Positions 58,653-64,000 of a stretch of DNA of 64,000 nt are shown here, in pieces. The translations under genes were made by a program, and so were the position numbers. The stretch spans positions 6,101 to 70,100 of the forward strand of contig JAZUQR010000026.1 of NCBI GenBank assembly GCA_045605805.1, given 5' to 3'. Each line of letters starts with the position of its first letter. Position 1 is the first letter of the stretch. The notes under the pieces are model-generated. The model saw only the letters and a list, made by a program, of their open reading frames with translations, had not been told where the DNA came from and searched no databases. The stretch comes from Alphaproteobacteria bacterium (lineage in GTDB: Bacteria; Pseudomonadota; Alphaproteobacteria; CAAHEQ01; UBA3637).

Positions 58653-59913
58653 TTTTTTTGATGCCTCATTAAAACAATCAGACAGCGCTGTGGCTGATAT
58701 TCTTCAAAAAGAATTGGCACGCCAGCAAGACCATATTGAATTGATTGCGTCTGAAAATATCGTCTCTCGTGCCGTTATTGAAACGATGGGTTCTGTCTTA
58801 ACAAACAAATATGCCGAAGGCTATCCCGCCAAAAGATATTATCATGGCTGTGAATGTGTGGATGAAGCCGAAGTGTTGGCGCAAGAACGGTTGAAAAAGA
58901 TATTTAATGCCGCCTTTGCGAATGTCCAACCACACTCTGGCTCACAGGCAAATGCCGCTGTGTATATGGCTTTATTGCAACCTCAGGATACACTGATGGG
59001 ACTCAGTCTGGATGCGGGCGGTCACCTCACGCATGGGGCAAGCGTGTCATCATCTGGCAAATACTATCATGCGGTGCAATATGGGGTCAATGAAAACGGT
59101 TTAATTGATTATGATGCGGTGGAAGCGTTGGCAAAAGAACATCGCCCAAAATTGATTGTGACAGGCGGTTCGGCCTATCCTCGGTTGATTGATTTTAAGC
59201 GTTTTCGTGAAATTGCCGATTCTGTGGGGGCTTATCTGATGGTGGATATGGCGCACTTTGCTGGCTTGGTGGCTGGTAAGCAAATCCCAAATCCGTTGGA
59301 CTATGCTGATGTGGTGACTTCTACAACACATAAAACATTACGGGGTCCTCGTGGCGGTGTGATTTTAACCAACAAAGAAGAATTGTATAAAAAATTGAAC
59401 TCGGCCATCTTCCCCGGCTTGCAAGGTGGCCCTTTGATGCATGTGATTGCCGCCAAAGCGGTGGCCTTTGGGGAAGCCTTAAAACCCGAATTTGAAGCCT
59501 ATGCGAAACAGGTGATTCAAAACGCAAAAGTGATGGAAAAAGTATTCACGCAACGGAACATTGATATGGTTTCGGGGGGAACGGATACACATTTGTTGTT
59601 GATTGATTTAAGAAATCGTTCTTTGAAGGGGAACGAAGTGTGTGACGCATTGGCTTCGGCCCATATTATCTGTAATAAAAATGCCGTGCCGAATGATCCG
59701 CAAAAACCAAGTGTGACTTCTGGCTTGCGAGTGGGAACACCGGCTGGCACAACACGAGGCTTTGGGGAACAAGAGTTTGCCCAAATTGCCAATTGGATTG
59801 CTGATATTGTGGATGCTGTACCAACGGATAAATTACCTTCTGTGATTGAGGAGGTGAAAGCCAAAGTGTCTCATCTGTGTCAATCTTTCCCGATTTATGA
59901 AAGGGGTTTTTAA
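58645..59913 (+). CDS. glyA: Serine hydroxymethyltransferase
   Basis: '[10 protein letters not shown]', PLP-Lys region '[15 protein letters not shown]'. Confidence 0.9.
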   Translation: MNNFFDASLKQSDSAVADILQKELARQQDHIELIASENIVSRAVIETMGSVLTNKYAEGYPAKRYYHGCECVDEAEVLAQERLKKIFNAAFANVQPHSGSQANAAVYMALLQPQDTLMGLSLDAGGHLTHGASVSSSGKYYHAVQYGVNENGLIDYDAVEALAKEHRPKLIVTGGSAYPRLIDFKRFREIADSVGAYLMVDMAHFAGLVAGKQIPNPLDYADVVTSTTHKTLRGPRGGVILTNKEELYKKLNSAIFPGLQGGPLMHVIAAKAVAFGEALKPEFEAYAKQVIQNAKVMEKVFTQRNIDMVSGGTDTHLLLIDLRNRSLKGNEVCDALASAHIICNKNAVPNDPQKPSVTSGLRVGTPAGTTRGFGEQEFAQIANWIADIVDAVPTDKLPSVIEEVKAKVSHLCQSFPIYERGF

Positions 59914-60380
59914 TGCGTTGTCCGTTTTGCGGTTATGCCGATACACAGGTGAAAGATTCCAGACCCAGTGACGATGGTACAAGCATTCGCAGAAGACGAG
60001 GCTGTCCCAAATGTCATGCCCGCTTTTCAACGGTGGAACATGTCCAACTGCGTGACTTGACGGTGGTAAAAAAAGATGGAACAAAAGTGCCGTTTGATCG
60101 GGATAAATTGGAATACTCACTGGCTTTGGCCACACGCAAACGCAACATTGAACAAAGCAAAGTGTCGGTGCTTGTCAATCAAATTGTGCGTCGGTTGGAA
60201 GAACTGGGTGAAACGGAAATCCATTCCAACGAAATTGGCTCATTTGTGATGGAAGCACTATTAAAACTTGACAAAGTTGCATATATACGCTATGCTTCTG
60301 TATATAAAAACTTCACTTCCACGGAAGACTTTGAAGATTTTGTGGCACATTTAACAGAAAAGAAAGACAATGGAAAATAG
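59913..60380 (+). CDS. nrdR: Transcriptional repressor NrdR
   Basis: '[17 protein letters not shown]' zinc ribbon plus ATP-cone. Confidence 0.85.
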   Translation: MRCPFCGYADTQVKDSRPSDDGTSIRRRRGCPKCHARFSTVEHVQLRDLTVVKKDGTKVPFDRDKLEYSLALATRKRNIEQSKVSVLVNQIVRRLEELGETEIHSNEIGSFVMEALLKLDKVAYIRYASVYKNFTSTEDFEDFVAHLTEKKDNGK

Positions 60381-60840
60381 AACATTAAAATACACAAATG
60401 CCCGTTTAATGGCGGTTCAAGCCGTCTATGCCCAAGCACAATCCAATGAAGATTGGAATAAACTGATAAGCCGTTTTTTGTTGGAAGAAGTGGGTGGAAC
60501 GGTGATTGAAGGAAAAGGAAAAGAACAAAAATATATTGATTTGGAACCGGCCGATAAAGAATTGTTTGCATCACTGGTTCAATATGTGCGGGATAACCAA
60601 GAAAATCTGGCCGAAACGGTAAAAGCCTCGCTGTCCGAACACTTGAAAAAGGCCGAATTGGATGCAGTTTTGACAGCTTTGTTAAAAGTCGGTGTGGCCG
60701 AATTTTTTGTCAATCCAAACTTGGATGCCCCGATTATCATCAACGAATATGTGGATTTGGCTCGTTCTTTTTATGAGGGGGCAGAAGTTAAAATCACAAA
60801 TGCTGTGATGGATAAAGTGGCAAAGGTTTTGCGCACATAG
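60370..60840 (+). CDS. nusB: Transcription antitermination factor NusB
   Basis: 'ARLMAVQAVYAQAQS' NusB N-terminal helix, ~156 aa. Confidence 0.65.
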   Translation: MENRTLKYTNARLMAVQAVYAQAQSNEDWNKLISRFLLEEVGGTVIEGKGKEQKYIDLEPADKELFASLVQYVRDNQENLAETVKASLSEHLKKAELDAVLTALLKVGVAEFFVNPNLDAPIIINEYVDLARSFYEGAEVKITNAVMDKVAKVLRT

Positions 60841-60888
60841 CAAACATTATTGCGTGACAAAGCACAAAAAGTGTGCTAAAATAAAAAT

Positions 60889-62004
60889 ATGTTAAAATAT
60901 AAAGTTTTGAAAAAAGAAGGCAAAGCTCGTCGTGGCGTTCTGGAAACGGCCCATGGTGTGGTGAATACACCGGCCTTTATGCCTGTTGGTACAGTGGGTA
61001 CGGTGAAAGCGATGACACCCGAAGCAGTGGCCGATACGGGTGCGGAAATCCTTTTGGGAAATACCTATCACCTGATGTTGCGCCCAACGGCCGAAAGGGT
61101 AGCCTCTTTCGGTGGATTGCATAAGTTTATGAATTGGCCAAAGCCGATTTTAACCGACAGTGGTGGTTTTCAAGTAATGAGTCTGTCTGGTTTAAGAAAA
61201 ATTACCGAAGAGGGGGTCACTTTCCAATCACACCTGTCCGGAGAAAAGATTTTTTTATCACCTGAACGATCAATGGAAATCCAATATCTGTTAGATTCCA
61301 ATATCACAATGGCGTTTGATGAGTGTATTAAATATCCTTCGCCTCGCAAAGATGTGGAGGAATCTATGCGTCGTTCTATGCGTTGGGCAAAACGATCAAA
61401 AAAAGCATTTAAGGACCGAGAAGGCTATGGTCTGTTTGGTATTGTGCAAGGTGGAATGTTTGAAGATTTGCGTCAAGAATCTATCCGAGCCCTCACCGAA
61501 ATCGGATTTGATGGGTACGCTATTGGCGGTTTGGCGGTGGGCGAAGGTCAAGAAACAATGTTTGAAGTTTTGGACTATACAGCTTGTGCCTTGCCTGAAG
61601 AAAAACCACGTTATCTGATGGGCGTTGGCCGACCAAGCGATATTGTGGGGGCGGTGGCCCGTGGGGTGGATATGTTTGATTGTGTGATGCCGTCCCGTTC
61701 TGGCAGAACAGGCCAAGCCTTTACAAGCCATGGTGTGTTGAATATGCGCAATGCGTGCCATACAGACAGTCACAGCCCATTGGATGCACAATGCGCCTGT
61801 CCGGCTTGTCAAAATTATACCCGAGGCTATATCCATCACCTGTTTATGGCGGGCGAGATTTTGGGGCCTATGCTGTTGACCCAACATAACATCACCTTCT
61901 ATGAAACACTGATGCAGCAAATTCGCCAAGCGATTGAAGAAAATCGTTTTGATGCCTTTTATCAATCTTTTTTGGAAAGATATAAGGATGAAAGAAAGTT
62001 TTAA
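60889..62004 (+). CDS. tgt: Queuine tRNA-ribosyltransferase
   Basis: '[10 protein letters not shown]', 'LTDSGGFQ', zinc site '[16 protein letters not shown]'. Confidence 0.9.
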   Translation: MLKYKVLKKEGKARRGVLETAHGVVNTPAFMPVGTVGTVKAMTPEAVADTGAEILLGNTYHLMLRPTAERVASFGGLHKFMNWPKPILTDSGGFQVMSLSGLRKITEEGVTFQSHLSGEKIFLSPERSMEIQYLLDSNITMAFDECIKYPSPRKDVEESMRRSMRWAKRSKKAFKDREGYGLFGIVQGGMFEDLRQESIRALTEIGFDGYAIGGLAVGEGQETMFEVLDYTACALPEEKPRYLMGVGRPSDIVGAVARGVDMFDCVMPSRSGRTGQAFTSHGVLNMRNACHTDSHSPLDAQCACPACQNYTRGYIHHLFMAGEILGPMLLTQHNITFYETLMQQIRQAIEENRFDAFYQSFLERYKDERKF

Positions 62005-62500
62005 GACAGAACCCCGATCCCGCCAATATGAAGGACTTGCTCCTTTAACAAAAGATGCAAACACTTTGACAAAAAACATCTTTGGCGACAGGGGTTTCGT
62101 CGGGGTGGATCTTATCACGAATTGGGCAGAAATTGTGGGCAAAGATTTGGCACAAGGCGTTCTGCCGGTGCGTTTAACCTTCCCACAAAATCAACGCAGT
62201 AATGGTGTGCTTCATGTGCGCACAGCAGGTGGGGCTTTTGCCTTGTTGTTTGAACACCAAAAAACACGGGTTATAGAACGAGTCAATACCTATTTTGGTT
62301 ATCCAGCCATAGCCCAAATTCGCCTTGTTCAAGGGGCGGTCAAATTGCCCAAACCCGAACCACACGAAGTAGAATGGCCTTTGGAAGACGAGGAAGTGCA
62401 AGCCTTGCTGAAAAAAGTGGATGCCATTGAAGATAATGATTTGCGTTCCCGTGTTTTTGAATTGGGTGTGGCTATGATTCAAAAAAGGAAGAAAGCATGA
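61988..62500 (+). CDS. DUF721-family protein (DciA-like)
   Basis: '[20 protein letters not shown]...[16 protein letters not shown]' DUF721 pattern. Start uncertain (61934 or 61988). Confidence 0.5.
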   Translation: MKESFKTEPRSRQYEGLAPLTKDANTLTKNIFGDRGFVGVDLITNWAEIVGKDLAQGVLPVRLTFPQNQRSNGVLHVRTAGGAFALLFEHQKTRVIERVNTYFGYPAIAQIRLVQGAVKLPKPEPHEVEWPLEDEEVQALLKKVDAIEDNDLRSRVFELGVAMIQKRKKA

Positions 62501-63396
62501 AAAAACTTTTGGTGTTGGTACTGATTTTTATGGGTGGATATTGGGCCTATAAAGCATCAGAGCAACATACAAAAAGATGTTTGTTTGTGCGGGATGGTCA
62601 ATGTTTTCAATGTCACCAACAAGAAACAGTTCCTGTGGCTTACAAAGAAAATTGCACACTGTGTCCTAACCGAAGGGCAGTGTATATTCAAGAAGGTTTA
62701 ATGCCCGCATGGCAGTGCGCTGTAAAAGAGAAAGTCGCCGAAACAGCACAGGTTGAAAGAAGTAAAGCAAACTGTCCCTTTAACGCTCCGTTAAAGGATT
62801 GGTTGGGTAATTGTTTTTCTTGTGAAGCGGAAAATCCTGTGCGAGTAGGCGGAAAAAAATCCAAAGAGGTATGTGATAAAAAACGCTATCATTTGCCTGA
62901 TGGCGTGGCCGAAAAATCATTAAAATGCCCTCCGATAGAACAAATAACCGATCCGGAACTCTGTTGGCAGTGCGGGGGTTCTTTGAACCAAAAAGGCTGT
63001 GCGTCCAAAGGAAAAAATCGTTTTTGTGAAACAAATGAAATGTGTCAAGCAAATGAATGGTGCTATCCGTTCAAAATGCCAACCAAAAACAAAAAAGGGG
63101 TGTGTGTAAGGCAAACAGAAGAAGATTGGATTTTCACCCAAACAGATGGGTATGATTTAGCATCTGTCACTGAGTTTTGTTCTCGTCAAGGAATGCGTTT
63201 GCCCATCTTGGAAGAAATAGAGCAGGCCAAACAAAAACTTTTGGCGCAAGCCCCAAAAACAGATGTGTGGATTTTCTTTAATCCAAACGGTGTTGTGTGG
63301 TTAAAATCGTTGGAGGACGAGTTTATTTTCACCCGAGAAGGTGAATCCGAAAAATTGGGAGGTCATCAATTTTATGGTTTGTGCCATAAAAATTGA
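62497..63396 (+). CDS. Secreted Cys-rich hypothetical protein
   Basis: Signal peptide plus >20 Cys. ATGA overlap with upstream gene. Confidence 0.4.
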   Translation: MKKLLVLVLIFMGGYWAYKASEQHTKRCLFVRDGQCFQCHQQETVPVAYKENCTLCPNRRAVYIQEGLMPAWQCAVKEKVAETAQVERSKANCPFNAPLKDWLGNCFSCEAENPVRVGGKKSKEVCDKKRYHLPDGVAEKSLKCPPIEQITDPELCWQCGGSLNQKGCASKGKNRFCETNEMCQANEWCYPFKMPTKNKKGVCVRQTEEDWIFTQTDGYDLASVTEFCSRQGMRLPILEEIEQAKQKLLAQAPKTDVWIFFNPNGVVWLKSLEDEFIFTREGESEKLGGHQFYGLCHKN

Positions 63397-64000
63397 AGTT
63401 TGCAAGCCACCTCATCCACCGAAATATCTTCAATTTTTTCACCCACTAAATTGGTAATATGTGATCCTTTTTGAGCCGAACACGCAGTGATTTTGGCAAA
63501 CAAAGTAATGGCAGGAACGCCCGATAATTCGGCCATATGCTGGGGGCCGGTATCATTTCCAACCAGCGCCAAAGCGCCCTCGGCAATTTGTGGAATATCC
63601 AAAAGGGCAGACTTGTTGCAAAAGTTCACAGCCAACGGATTGTCGGCACAAATAGCTTCAATTTCTTTTTTTTCATCATTAGTCCCCAGCACAACAATCG
63701 GAATGTGATGAGATGCCAAAATCTTGCCCAATGTCTGATAAGATTCGGCCGGCCATCTTTTGTATGGATGGGCTGGTGAACACCCTGGCACAAATAAAAC
63801 ATAGCGTTGCGGGAGTTGTTTTAACACATCCGGATTCGCTTTGCAAAAAGAAAGCGATGGTTTGTTGCCCGAAAAAGGAATATCAAACGCAACACTTTTG
63901 CCCCACATAAAAGGCAATTTTTGGTTTGTTTGTTTCACACAAAGTGACTTTGCTTTGGGTTCTGCCCAACAAAAAGGCTTGCGTGAAAGAAGGCGCCCCA
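63372..64000 (-). CDS. ADP-heptose:LPS heptosyltransferase (GT9) C-terminal part; N-terminus beyond window
   Basis: 'LVGNDTGPQHMAELSGVPAITLF' GT9 motif. Confidence 0.7.
   Translation of the reverse strand, partial: GRLLSRKPFCWAEPKAKSLCVKQTNQKLPFMWGKSVAFDIPFSGNKPSLSFCKANPDVLKQLPQRYVLFVPGCSPAHPYKRWPAESYQTLGKILASHHIPIVVLGTNDEKKEIEAICADNPLAVNFCNKSALLDIPQIAEGALALVGNDTGPQHMAELSGVPAITLFAKITACSAQKGSHITNLVGEKIEDISVDEVACKLQFLWHKP

Noticed and set aside
61396-62142. 248-aa minus-strand ORF
   Set aside because: It is antisense to tgt and the DUF721 gene, with no motifs.

Overview
The window is 64 kb from a low-GC (roughly 40%), Gram-negative-type chromosome. Housekeeping genes recognised from motifs are hisS, tsaB-rimI, priA, an xerC/D-like recombinase, queA, xthA, epmA/efp, glyA, nrdR, nusB, tgt, ruvX and rpiB, together with tRNA-Thr(UGU) and tRNA-Ala(CGC), an RND/OMF efflux pair, a MATE transporter and an acyl-ACP thioesterase. 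Three regions stand out.

(1) About 19 kb (34.6-53.9 kb) is flanked by a 42-bp direct repeat that duplicates the 3' end and terminator of tRNA-Ala, and it carries remnants of a serine recombinase and a phage-type replisome organiser, both degraded. It looks like an integrated island. Inside it are two convergent, translationally coupled operons. One is a Nudix-rich operon: tandem Nudix, Nudix, Ham1/ITPase, GNAT, MFS, a P-loop kinase fused to ASCH, and another Nudix. The other is a Type I restriction-modification operon (hsdM-hsdS-hsdR) with three unrecognisable genes embedded between the hsd genes, followed by a LMW-PTP/ArsC-like phosphatase, a small ORF and an ASCH gene. Each operon is headed by a paralogous pair of small proteins.

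(2) A divergently promoted locus (5.2-18 kb) encodes three tandem paralogous polytopic membrane proteins sharing a CWxC motif, a dual-HTH XRE protein, acidic proteins and a secretin-N-like periplasmic protein. Opposite them sit a 787-aa protein with GGN repeats and a 410-aa membrane protein with a Pro/Ser/Ala-rich linker. I cannot assign this locus to any known system.

(3) A conserved non-coding element of about 170 bp with GTGACCAG iterons occurs twice.

Several genes look inactivated by single-base events in A-rich runs: pip, the replisome organiser, the serine recombinase and an apparent RND-OMF fusion. This suggests genome decay or sequencing indels. No CRISPR array, rRNA or intact transposase is present.
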